Origin: a virus
Direction: 5' to 3' (one strand)
Length of the DNA: 64,000 nt
Virus record (IMG/VR): IMGVR_UViG_3300028829_005098
Location: 1 to 64,000 of that record
Both the position numbers and the translations under genes were made by a program. Each line of letters starts with the position of its first letter. The first letter of the stretch is position 1. Positions 26,942 through 35,979 of the stretch are shown piece after piece. The notes beneath the pieces were generated by a model that was not told where the DNA came from, did no database searches, and saw only the letters and a list, made by a program, of their open reading frames with translations.

Positions 26942-27847
26942 GTCGACCCCAAGTGGGATCGTCATCCTTTCAGTATATCCTGTGTCCTCGGATTCAAAAT
27001 TAAATGTCATGTCTAAATCAGGTGTATTTTCCTTGATGTGTTCACGAAATGCCAAACTATCACGTGCTAGAAGTTCTTTATCAACAAAACTTTTGATTTT
27101 GTTTTTATCTTCATCACCATTGATTGCTTTAATTACATACTTTAAACGAGTTGTAACTTCTGAAGTTTCATTTTTATTTTTTGAAAACTTCTTTAATGCT
27201 TTCATTTCAGCATCAATGTTTTGTTCGTCTTGGTGTGTAAGTAAACTCCAATGAACTGTTTTCTTACTAAATGGTAGTTCATATGAAAACAAATTTCTTC
27301 CTTTTTCGTGATTATCGAAATTGAATTCTTTAGGTTCAACCAATGCCAAATCAATTGCATCTTCTACATCTTCGTTGTTGCTTGGATCTTTAAACTTAAT
27401 CTTATAGTCTTTACCATAAGCAAGAATACGAGCAGCTACAAAAATAGCATTTTTATCTCCAACGAGAATCTCATCAAGTTTTACTCCAGGAGTAACAATA
27501 AGTGCTTCTAGCAATTTATCTAACACAACACCTTTTTTAATTAGATTCTGACTTGTGAGAATATCTTCTTCACGTGCAGTCATGTATTTAATATCAATCT
27601 GACCACTTGCCAATGGTGAAGATGGATCATAAAACCAACCTTGACTTGGTAAATCAACAACCTCACTTGGAAATTCAAACTTCCTTGGTTGGTCACTTTG
27701 TTGTGTAAACACAGGTTCAGATTTAGTCTGTGTTTTAGGTTGTGTAGTAGCACTTTGAGTTGCTTCTTGAGTTTTAGCAGTTTGTGCGTCACGTTGAAGT
27801 GCTTTTTTCACTTCCTCGGGCATTTCTATATTATCGTTTGAGTCCAT
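26915..27847 (-). CDS. Tail assembly chaperone / T4 gp26-like baseplate hub assembly protein
   Basis: VDLPSQGWFY, IKYMTAREEDILT, GDKNAIFVAARILAYG, PDLDMTF; lies between tube and tape measure. Confidence 0.75.
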   Translation of the reverse strand: MDSNDNIEMPEEVKKALQRDAQTAKTQEATQSATTQPKTQTKSEPVFTQQSDQPRKFEFPSEVVDLPSQGWFYDPSSPLASGQIDIKYMTAREEDILTSQNLIKKGVVLDKLLEALIVTPGVKLDEILVGDKNAIFVAARILAYGKDYKIKFKDPSNNEDVEDAIDLALVEPKEFNFDNHEKGRNLFSYELPFSKKTVHWSLLTHQDEQNIDAEMKALKKFSKNKNETSEVTTRLKYVIKAINGDEDKNKIKSFVDKELLARDSLAFREHIKENTPDLDMTFNFESEDTGYTERMTIPLGVDFFYPSSSV

Positions 27848-27921
27848 AATTTTATAACCTTTTAATTTTTACTATCAATATAGTAGTCTAATATATATAT
27901 ATACAAGAAAAAAATTTTTTA

Positions 27922-28260
27922 TTAACCTGCAAGAGAAAATTTTAGAATTTCTTTGTGGTCATTATAATCAAAGAATGCTTTATCCTTTTTTCCTTTCCAT
28001 GTCTTAAAAGCAGTTACTCCGAGTTTACCATCATTGAATACTACTTTCTTACCACCCTTGGTAATAAATACCATTCTACCAGAGTTAGTATCAATATCAT
28101 AGTTTCTTTTAAACTTACCAATTTTTACTTGGCCTAACAAAAACTTTACCAAAGAAGAATATGCACTACCAAGTCCTTCAATTACTTGTTCTTCGTTATA
28201 CTCGGATTCAATCTCGTTTAATATAGATAATATTTCAGACTTTAGTTTTTCGTTTTTCAT
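27922..28260 (-). CDS. Hypothetical protein, candidate head-internal protein (start re-called at 28260)
   Basis: N-terminal KLKSEILSILNE helix, VIE|G site; TATTTAT 6 nt before ATG. Confidence 0.55.
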   Translation of the reverse strand: MKNEKLKSEILSILNEIESEYNEEQVIEGLGSAYSSLVKFLLGQVKIGKFKRNYDIDTNSGRMVFITKGGKKVVFNDGKLGVTAFKTWKGKKDKAFFDYNDHKEILKFSLAG

Positions 28261-28296
28261 ATAACAATAAATATATATTCCACGCAAAAAATAAAC

Positions 28297-28325
28297 AAAA
28301 AAAAACTTCCCGAGGGAAGTTTTTT
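28297..28325 (-). terminator. Rho-independent terminator after tail tube gene
   Basis: AAAAAACTTCC-CGAG-GGAAGTTTTTT hairpin with A/T tracts on both sides. Confidence 0.8.
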
Positions 28326-28353
28326 AAAATTAAACTGAGATTTTGAATACAAA

Positions 28354-28845
28354 TTAGAATTGCAAAATTGCGTAATCGTAGGAGATTGTCAATTCTACAG
28401 TCAACTTGTCACCAGTTTCCCAATCCAATGTTCCGAAGTTTGTATTGTTTACAAACGCACCTTTGATTGTCCACTCTTCAACGAGGTCACCAACAGGGCC
28501 GAGAACATTGATTACCAAGTCTTTCTTGTAGAAGTCTGCGTAACCATTACGACCTGTAACAGATTCGTGTGAGAGACGAACCCATTCCATAGCAGTTTGC
28601 GCCGCACTAGGAACAACCGGATCGTACATAGTAAGAGTGATATCTTGCCACTCTGCTTTACCAGCCCTCAACTTTCTCTTGATGTTGATGTGGTCCATTG
28701 TCTGAACATCTATAGTAAGATTTGGACGAGTTACTGATTTAATGAGGTATGCAGGTACTCCATCCATGTACATTATAAAACGATTTGAAGTTTTTGGTTC
28801 AAATGCCGTGAAAAACATTTCTTCGGTTGATATTACTTGTGCCAT
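28354..28845 (-). CDS. gp19: Tail tube protein (T4 gp19-like)
   Basis: FEPKTSNRF, AGKAEWQDITLTMYDP, YKKDL, GDLVEEWTIKGAF, LTISYDYA; GGAG RBS. Confidence 0.92.
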   Translation of the reverse strand: MAQVISTEEMFFTAFEPKTSNRFIMYMDGVPAYLIKSVTRPNLTIDVQTMDHINIKRKLRAGKAEWQDITLTMYDPVVPSAAQTAMEWVRLSHESVTGRNGYADFYKKDLVINVLGPVGDLVEEWTIKGAFVNNTNFGTLDWETGDKLTVELTISYDYAILQF

Positions 28846-28882
28846 TTTTTTTATTCTCCAGTTTAATAGTTTAACTTTTAGT

Positions 28883-28890
28883 ATAAATAT
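28883..28890 (-). promoter_or_regulatory. ATATTTAT putative late promoter of tail tube gene
   Basis: Recurrent motif, 37 nt upstream of ATG. Confidence 0.6.
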
Positions 28891-28963
28891 TGAACAAAAA
28901 TCCGAAACTTCATTTTTTCATTCAACAAATATAAATAGTTGATAAATTAAAAAATATATTTAT

Positions 28964-29668
28964 TTATGTTTTATCTTTTCTTAGTTTTTGTCCGATCAAT
29001 TTTGCCGAACCATATAATATTGCTCCAATAAATTGAACGTGTTGAGGACCAGGCCATGGGAATGTTAGTCCTAATACACCTGTCGCAAACAAAGTTAATA
29101 ATGCCATTCCTTCAGGACCAGCAAATAAAGTTGATAATGTAAATCCACCTCCTAATGCCATTATCATATCTCCCATATCAAAGTCATAATCTGCATTTCC
29201 TGTGAATGTCATATTTAACCAAATATAAATTAATATACCTGCTACTGCTAATCCTGCTATTCTTTTTGTTTTAGGATGCTTTGCTAAAAACGCATCTAAA
29301 TCTTTTAATTTATCTTCAGTCCATCGTCCTACCTTTGTACTTGAAATATATTCACCAATTGCTTTGATTACTTCTTTATATGCTTTGAATCCTTTTTTAA
29401 CTAACTTAAACAAATAGTCTAAACTAAATTTTATTTTTGCGAAAAATTTAAAAACAAGTTTATTTAAAAATAGTTTTACCATATCTACCATTTTAACTTT
29501 TATTATATCTTTTAGTTTTACAATAAAAGACCAAACTTTTTTGAGTTTACCTGGAATAGCAAATTCTTTTAATACGATAGTATCTTCATTTAGTTTATTT
29601 TCATATACAAAGTTACAGAATTCTTCATATTGAATTTCATAAACAATATCTGCAAGTGAGTTTTCCAT
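28964..29668 (-). CDS. Hypothetical membrane protein
   Basis: Hydrophobic segments IAGLAVAGILIYIWL, MALLTLFATGVLGL, FIGAILYG; TATTTAT 5 nt before ATG. Confidence 0.6.
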   Translation of the reverse strand: MENSLADIVYEIQYEEFCNFVYENKLNEDTIVLKEFAIPGKLKKVWSFIVKLKDIIKVKMVDMVKLFLNKLVFKFFAKIKFSLDYLFKLVKKGFKAYKEVIKAIGEYISSTKVGRWTEDKLKDLDAFLAKHPKTKRIAGLAVAGILIYIWLNMTFTGNADYDFDMGDMIMALGGGFTLSTLFAGPEGMALLTLFATGVLGLTFPWPGPQHVQFIGAILYGSAKLIGQKLRKDKT

Positions 29669-29691
29669 TGTAAATAAATATATATCAAAGC

Positions 29692-29724
29692 AAAAAAAAG
29701 ACCCCCACCGAAGTGGAGGTCTTT
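29692..29724 (-). terminator. Rho-independent terminator after tail sheath gene
   Basis: Minus strand AAAGACCTCCAC-TTCG-GTGGGGGTC followed by a T-run; UUCG tetraloop. Confidence 0.88.
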
Positions 29725-29747
29725 AATTTTTAAGTTTTTCTTATTGC

Positions 29748-32408
29748 TTATGCTTCAAAACTTGCACCAGTTGGTGTAAGATTGAAATCAAGAATAACAA
29801 ACTCTACTGCACGTGCAGGTTGTAAGAAGATTTGACCATATAGAATATTTCTATCAATCAAGTCTGGAGTATTATTGGACTCATCCATGATAACACGGAA
29901 AGCATACAAACCATGACGTTGTTGAACATTTTCCAAGAATGGATTTACAATGTTCAAGAATTTGTTTCTTGTAGCAGCCACATTTTGTTCGAAAAGCAAG
30001 AATCTTGCGGAACTTGCAATGAACTTCTTGAGGTTGATAAGCAAACGACGTACGTTAACTCTGTCTAATGCACTTGCACGACGTTGTAGGGTCTTTTGAC
30101 CAAAAGCAACAATACCTTGTCCTGGGAACGCAGCGATTGGATTAACCTTACCTTCATAAAGTGTATCTCTCTCTGCGAAGTTAAGACGATCCATAACAGT
30201 AACCGCAGCCTCAATTCCACCACGATTTAAACCAGCAGGAGCAAACCACTCAGCAGCTGTTTTATCGTTAGCTGCATAAACAGACATCATAAGTGATGAT
30301 GGTGGATATGGTTGCAATACGTTGGTTGCAGGATCAATAATCTTAACCCAAGGGTAATATGTAGCCGCATAGTTACTATCAATAGTAGATACTTGTTGAA
30401 CTGCATCGTCTACACGACCTGGTTGGTTGTGAGCACTTACACAATCTAAGATGTAGAAACAATCTTCACGACTTTCGCAAAGGTCTACACCACGATTGAT
30501 TACAGTTCTATGCAAATCTAAACTCAAACCAGGAGTTACTATCAAGTTAATATCAAACTCGTCTTGGTTACTAAGAGCTGCGAATGCACGGATATATCCT
30601 TTAGTTCCACTTGAGAAACGTTTACTACAATCAAGACCTTGTACATTACTTTCGTTAATATCCTTTCCTAAATAGATTGGATGTGTTGGAGCTCTTCCGT
30701 CAAAACCACCTTGGAAACCAACAAGGAATCTTCTAAGTTTTGCAGTAGCAATTTCTTCTACTTGTGGTGGGTTGGTTGGAATTGCATCAACTGCATATTC
30801 TGTTGTATCACCGTCAACTTCCTCAGTAACCATACCACCTTCATCCATGTAGTACCCGGAACCAGCGTCATCAGCACCATATGGTAATGGTTGAAATAAC
30901 TCAAGAGTGTTTCTCGCAGAACGAGGTTGCTCAAGAATTCCGTCGGGACTTCCTTGGTTAAATACAGCACCATTGAAATATCTTCCTGGTTGCCTTTCGT
31001 ATTGAGATGCGTGTGAGTATTTAGGTGTTCCAGTTTCTACACCTGCGATTGGTGAGAAATAAGATCCATGTCCATATGGCATAGCATTTGCAGGTGCTGT
31101 GCTATCAAATGGCATTTCAATGCGAATCCAATTACTTGAATTTACATAGTCACCATAGTCAACTAATTTACCTTTGTTATTAATTGTTGTAAAACGGTCA
31201 CCAATTACACGTGGAATATAACGAGGACTTAATGGATCAAGTGTTAATCCATCATAGTTTTCAATTACATTCTGACCACGATCATTATCGTTAAACGCAC
31301 GAACAATTAAACTAAATGTTCCATAATCTGTATCTTGGATAGAACCTGGAGTTCTAACATTATATATACCGATTTTGATTTCTCTGTTTGCACGAGTTCC
31401 TTGGTTGATAGTCCAAACCTTAAAAAGATTGAATCTTCTACCACTGATTTTTTGTGACTGAATCCAAGGTGTTTCTGCAGGACGGCAACTAAATGATACT
31501 GCACCTGGTTTCCACGGATCATCAAGAACTTGCTCGGTTGTTGGATCTTCGTATTCAAATACAAGTGCTTCACTTGAAGTTTCCACTTCAACTTTATACT
31601 TTGCACCATTCATTACATTATTAAAAACATCCTCTTGAGTGTTTTCAAAATATGAATAAAGATATGCAGGTTCAACATTTTTCTTTGGAGTTCTTCCGAA
31701 AATGTTTTGAATACTATCAGGTGCTTTTGGATCGATACTGAATACATAATCAGAGTCATAGTTTGATTTTAAACTCTGGATACTCTCAATAACGTCACCA
31801 CTATTTTCATCTACTGAACGCACTGTTCTTCTAAGATAAAGTGTTGTTTCAAAATTACCAACGATGACTTCGTTACCTTCTTCATCGATAACTTCACCAT
31901 CATAATACATTAATGCGGATTCGTTGTCGATCATAGAACCTTCAAATCCGTCATAGGTCGCATCCCTTGCAGGTTGACCATTGTCTGCCCACAATGTATT
32001 TGCGAGAACACCGATAACTGCTTCGTCACCAACTTGAAGTTCTGATTCTCCAGATCCACTTAATGTGCCACTCAATGTGCCACTGAAATCTGCTACGTCT
32101 TGTACGACTGCTTTAACGATAAGAGCATTCTCTTGTTTATATCCACCAAGGTCTCCTACACGAACAATAGTTACAACACCTTGGTGCTTTAAATATTCAC
32201 GTGCGGTGAATGGTTGATAATATTTTCCTTCAGGAATACCGAATAAATCTTCTAGTTCTGCAACAGTTCTTATGATTGTTGGTGAGTACGCAGGACCACG
32301 ACTAAATGGTCCAATGACTGCACCTCCAATCTCAGAAATGCCCTGAGATAGAAATGTATTATCGATTTCCTTTGTGAATACTGCTGGACTTACAATTCGT
32401 TCTGCCAT
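29748..32408 (-). CDS. gp18: Contractile tail sheath protein (T4 gp18-like)
   Basis: SPAVFTKEID, IGPFSRGP, YAATYYPWV, WFAPAGLNRG, FGQKTLQ..SALDRVNVRRLL, QPARAVEFVILDF; AGGAG RBS. Confidence 0.95.
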   Translation of the reverse strand: MAERIVSPAVFTKEIDNTFLSQGISEIGGAVIGPFSRGPAYSPTIIRTVAELEDLFGIPEGKYYQPFTAREYLKHQGVVTIVRVGDLGGYKQENALIVKAVVQDVADFSGTLSGTLSGSGESELQVGDEAVIGVLANTLWADNGQPARDATYDGFEGSMIDNESALMYYDGEVIDEEGNEVIVGNFETTLYLRRTVRSVDENSGDVIESIQSLKSNYDSDYVFSIDPKAPDSIQNIFGRTPKKNVEPAYLYSYFENTQEDVFNNVMNGAKYKVEVETSSEALVFEYEDPTTEQVLDDPWKPGAVSFSCRPAETPWIQSQKISGRRFNLFKVWTINQGTRANREIKIGIYNVRTPGSIQDTDYGTFSLIVRAFNDNDRGQNVIENYDGLTLDPLSPRYIPRVIGDRFTTINNKGKLVDYGDYVNSSNWIRIEMPFDSTAPANAMPYGHGSYFSPIAGVETGTPKYSHASQYERQPGRYFNGAVFNQGSPDGILEQPRSARNTLELFQPLPYGADDAGSGYYMDEGGMVTEEVDGDTTEYAVDAIPTNPPQVEEIATAKLRRFLVGFQGGFDGRAPTHPIYLGKDINESNVQGLDCSKRFSSGTKGYIRAFAALSNQDEFDINLIVTPGLSLDLHRTVINRGVDLCESREDCFYILDCVSAHNQPGRVDDAVQQVSTIDSNYAATYYPWVKIIDPATNVLQPYPPSSLMMSVYAANDKTAAEWFAPAGLNRGGIEAAVTVMDRLNFAERDTLYEGKVNPIAAFPGQGIVAFGQKTLQRRASALDRVNVRRLLINLKKFIASSARFLLFEQNVAATRNKFLNIVNPFLENVQQRHGLYAFRVIMDESNNTPDLIDRNILYGQIFLQPARAVEFVILDFNLTPTGASFEA

Positions 32409-32516
32409 CTGTTATGTCTCCTTTTTGGGTTATGGGTTGAAATTATGGATTTTTTATTAAACTTTATTGATAAATATGTTCTGAAAATTTGAAAAACATT
32501 ATATTTATCAAATAAA

Positions 32517-32792
32517 TTAACTTCTGATATAGAATCCAGACTCTAAGTCTATTTCCCCATCTCCGTATTTACGTACTATTCTTTCTTTGAAGTTCTTTTC
32601 TTTCTTTTCAACCTCTTCATATAACAGAGTATATTCTTGTTCAAAGTTTTCTATTTTTTTACGTTCTTGTTCAAGACGTTTTTTTTCTAAAGAAAGTTGT
32701 CCAAATTTTATTAAAACTTCTTGATACTCAGTATTAATCATTAGTATCTCAGATAGTTCATCTTTGGTTAATTTAGTTTCATTTTTTTTCAT
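32517..32792 (-). CDS. Small coiled-coil hypothetical protein
   Basis: Coiled coil ending KYGDGEIDLESG; preceded by TTGATT-17-TATTCT (32800-32828). Confidence 0.6.
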   Translation of the reverse strand: MKKNETKLTKDELSEILMINTEYQEVLIKFGQLSLEKKRLEQERKKIENFEQEYTLLYEEVEKKEKNFKERIVRKYGDGEIDLESGFYIRS

Positions 32793-32841
32793 TACCATTA
32801 GAATATCTTATATGGTAAAAAAAATCAAGAAATATATTTTA

Positions 32842-34080
32842 TTAAATATATTTTATTGTTATTATTTCTACTGATGATTCGTGTGTTGATATTCTTATAT
32901 TTTTATCATTTAGTGAGAGTGTATGTGATTCATCTGTTTTCATATAAACCTCAGTTTCACTTTCATAATCAAATATAAAATAATCCTCTTCATCTACTGC
33001 ATCAACCACAACTTTATATTCATTATCTTCTATTACTAATGTATATGAATCTTCGTCATTCCAAATTCTGATTTCAAATTCGTCACCAACATCACCGACC
33101 AAATATAATTCAGTATTTTTTCTATTGAAAATTAAATTCTTTTTAAAACCTGCATTTCTTATAGATTGAGGTCGTGATGACATACTCGGTGTATCGGAAA
33201 TAACTTCTGTTCCAAATAAAACCTTTCGGTTGGTTAGTTTTCTTTTGGTAGTTTTTGCGTTATCAAACATTTCAGGGATCAAATAAGCATTAACCGTAAG
33301 TGAAAATGTTGTATTCACGACTCTATCATCGTCCGATGGAACTTCTACACTATTTGAAAATGTATCTACACCTACACGGAATTTTAATCTTTCAGGGTCT
33401 CCCCAATAATCATTACTTGCCCAATTAATTGCCTCAACAAGTGTATTCATTTGTTGTACATATTCCGTTGTCATTGTAAAATCGTAATTCAATACTACAT
33501 GATCCGGAAAAGTTACATTATGAACTTCCATAACAGGTTTGCTTTGAGTTAATGCAGAAAATTTATCATACATATTCTTTTTATCAAACTTTTTTACAAA
33601 CGGAACACTTAAATGACGATTAAATGTAACAAACGAATCGTCCTTAGAAACACTTGTTCTTGTAAAAATAATCATGGGTTTTTGCACCTGTCCTTTAGAA
33701 TCACGGTAAACTCCATCCGCTTGAATTGCCCCCCATCGTTCAGGAGATGCATGGCGAACTGGAACCTGCAATAACTCACCATTTGCAGAATCAACTTGTG
33801 GATTAATAACATTTACAAAATATTCATATAGAATATTGTCAATATCCATAAGTGTTATTGAATATTTTTCAAACGAAGTATCTTCGGCAGTATCCATTCT
33901 AAGTTTATCAGAACGATTATCCGAGTATTCTGATTTATTTGACTTCTTTAAGTTAGACATATATTTGTTGTTACTTAAAGTTGGTGGACTTGTATTTAGT
34001 TTTGCTTTAAATGTTTTCTCGTCGGATCCAGAAAGTTTTCTTAAAGTAATAAATGGATTATTTACATTATCGTAATTCAT
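32842..34080 (-). CDS. Tail completion / sheath terminator (T4 gp15-like) with C-terminal extension
   Basis: QVPVRHASPERW, PDHVVLNYDF...YVQQMNTLVE, TFSLTVNAYLIP; lies between neck and sheath. Confidence 0.65.
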   Translation of the reverse strand: MNYDNVNNPFITLRKLSGSDEKTFKAKLNTSPPTLSNNKYMSNLKKSNKSEYSDNRSDKLRMDTAEDTSFEKYSITLMDIDNILYEYFVNVINPQVDSANGELLQVPVRHASPERWGAIQADGVYRDSKGQVQKPMIIFTRTSVSKDDSFVTFNRHLSVPFVKKFDKKNMYDKFSALTQSKPVMEVHNVTFPDHVVLNYDFTMTTEYVQQMNTLVEAINWASNDYWGDPERLKFRVGVDTFSNSVEVPSDDDRVVNTTFSLTVNAYLIPEMFDNAKTTKRKLTNRKVLFGTEVISDTPSMSSRPQSIRNAGFKKNLIFNRKNTELYLVGDVGDEFEIRIWNDEDSYTLVIEDNEYKVVVDAVDEEDYFIFDYESETEVYMKTDESHTLSLNDKNIRISTHESSVEIITIKYI

Positions 34081-34541
34081 TATATGTTTCTCTCGGTAAG
34101 ATTTATACGACTTTGTCTAGTTAAGTGTGCATTGCATACTAAACTATAATTCTTTTCTGGTTGACCACCTAAAAATTGATTTTCTATTACATTAGAAATT
34201 TCAAAATAAGCATTTTCCCACTCTACAATATCACCAACTTGTGGATAAATGTTTTTAAGTTCACATAATTTTTGATGGAATTTAAATATAGTTCCTTTTT
34301 TAACATCAGGACCAAATCCCTCGTATATTGTTGATTCAGGATCAGTTTCTACCAAACATCCTGTTTCTACACCAGGAAAATATATTTTATCAATTGCTTC
34401 TCCGTATACATTTGCTTGAGTTTCTTGAGCATTTATTTTAAATATTACAACAACTTGTTCTATTATATCACCTAACAATTCACCGTTCAGACTATTCATA
34501 AACCGAACATCACGTCTTGAAAAATACCTACCTCTTGACAT
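34080..34541 (-). CDS. Neck / head-closure protein (T4 gp14-like)
   Basis: NVYGEA..K, YPQVGDIVEWENAYFEI; follows the gp13-like gene. Confidence 0.65.
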   Translation of the reverse strand: MSRGRYFSRRDVRFMNSLNGELLGDIIEQVVVIFKINAQETQANVYGEAIDKIYFPGVETGCLVETDPESTIYEGFGPDVKKGTIFKFHQKLCELKNIYPQVGDIVEWENAYFEISNVIENQFLGGQPEKNYSLVCNAHLTRQSRINLTERNI

Positions 34542-34545
34542 CTCA

Positions 34546-35886
34546 TTATCCTATATATAAAAAGTTTGGGACCTTTCTTAAATTTTCTTGTAGATTATCT
34601 GATACTTGATTTAGTTGCTCACTCGTTGTACTGCGACTTGTTACTTCTAAATCCTCCCGTAACTCAGTTATCAATTGTTCTTTTTCTTGTTGTGCTTCTG
34701 CTCTTAATGCATCTCCGTCTAGAGATGTTTCACCACCTGGAATTGGAATGCTTTGATATTTTGCACGAATTGCTCCCAATAATTCTTTGCACAAAGATAA
34801 ATAGTATTTCATTATCCATCGTTTTCCTACATCGTTTATTCCAGAAAAAGTATGAAATTGATAAGGAACATTACTAAAGTCGGTAATTGTACTATCTTCT
34901 GTTGTATTTGATGAAGTAGATGTAGTTGTAGAAGATCCTGAATCTACACCTGTTTGTGTGTTATCAATTACAACGTGTTGGGTCGTTTCTTCAGTAACAC
35001 TTGTTTGTGTCTTTGGCATTGTATTAAACTCGTCTGCATCAACATAGTTTTGAACTGCAGCTATATCTCTTTCTCGTTTATAAACATAATCAAACCACAA
35101 TGTAAAATCTTTTTCAGGTACAGGAAATAACGTAAGTTTATTATTTACTATTTCAAATCCGTATGCACTTCTACGTATTTGTTCGTTAAACTCGATTGCC
35201 TGTAAACGCATTAAGTCTTCGTTTAGAGGACGAAGCAGAAATTGTGTTCCAACAGGAGACATTCCAGCCCAATTAAACTCACTTAACAGATTACTATGAC
35301 TCATACCAGAATTAGACATAGGATCATAGATTTTATTCAATGCAGGTGGTGGGTTATGAAATATTCTTTTTACCTCAATTTTTTCAGGTCTTTTTTCACC
35401 TGTTTTTGCATCTATATAATACTTGTCAAATAATCCTTGTAGGTCATAGGTTTGTACACCTTTTTTAACATTTAGTTTTTGCTTTCTCCAATCTACATTA
35501 CCACCAACACCCACTTCCGCACCATATGCTTCTGATAATTTTAAATAAAACGGAAGTGGTTGTGTGTTCATAACCGTAGTAGTTAAATTTACACTAGACG
35601 AAGTACCCTTTAAACTATATAAGTTTTGCTTAATAGAGAATTGATTGATTTGTCCTGAATATTCTGTTACTGCTTCTTCGTAACAAGCATAAAATTGCAT
35701 ATCAATCATTTCAACATCAACCACAGGGTACCCAAGTCTTCTAGCTGCCCAGTCGGCAGCCCTTGGTGCAAATGCTACAAAGTCCACATCATCATCAAAG
35801 AATCCAAATGGTGTTTTACCTACGGGTGATGTTACAACACCTTCCCATCTTATTCGTTCTAGTTCAGGGTTTTCGTTATTCTCCAT
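34546..35886 (-). CDS. Neck / head-tail adaptor protein (T4 gp13-like)
   Basis: RRLGYPVVDVE, WIMKYYLSLCKELLGAIRAKY..IPIPGGETSLDGDAL; directly after major capsid. Confidence 0.75.
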   Translation of the reverse strand: MENNENPELERIRWEGVVTSPVGKTPFGFFDDDVDFVAFAPRAADWAARRLGYPVVDVEMIDMQFYACYEEAVTEYSGQINQFSIKQNLYSLKGTSSSVNLTTTVMNTQPLPFYLKLSEAYGAEVGVGGNVDWRKQKLNVKKGVQTYDLQGLFDKYYIDAKTGEKRPEKIEVKRIFHNPPPALNKIYDPMSNSGMSHSNLLSEFNWAGMSPVGTQFLLRPLNEDLMRLQAIEFNEQIRRSAYGFEIVNNKLTLFPVPEKDFTLWFDYVYKRERDIAAVQNYVDADEFNTMPKTQTSVTEETTQHVVIDNTQTGVDSGSSTTTSTSSNTTEDSTITDFSNVPYQFHTFSGINDVGKRWIMKYYLSLCKELLGAIRAKYQSIPIPGGETSLDGDALRAEAQQEKEQLITELREDLEVTSRSTTSEQLNQVSDNLQENLRKVPNFLYIG

Positions 35887-35921
35887 GTGTATAAATATTA
35901 TGCTATATTCATAATCGTTAT

Positions 35922-35954
35922 AAAATAAAAGAGGGGTTCAAAAGAACCCCTCTT
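35922..35954 (-). terminator. Rho-independent terminator after major capsid gene
   Basis: AAGAGGGGTTC-AAAA-GAACCCCTCTT with T-tract on minus strand. Confidence 0.88.
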
Positions 35955-35979
35955 AAATTTTGTGTTATCCTTAACAGAA

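Noticed and set aside
32057-32085. 12-bp tandem repeat (SGTL SGTL SG) in tail sheath
   Set aside because: Short in-frame loop expansion with no sign of function
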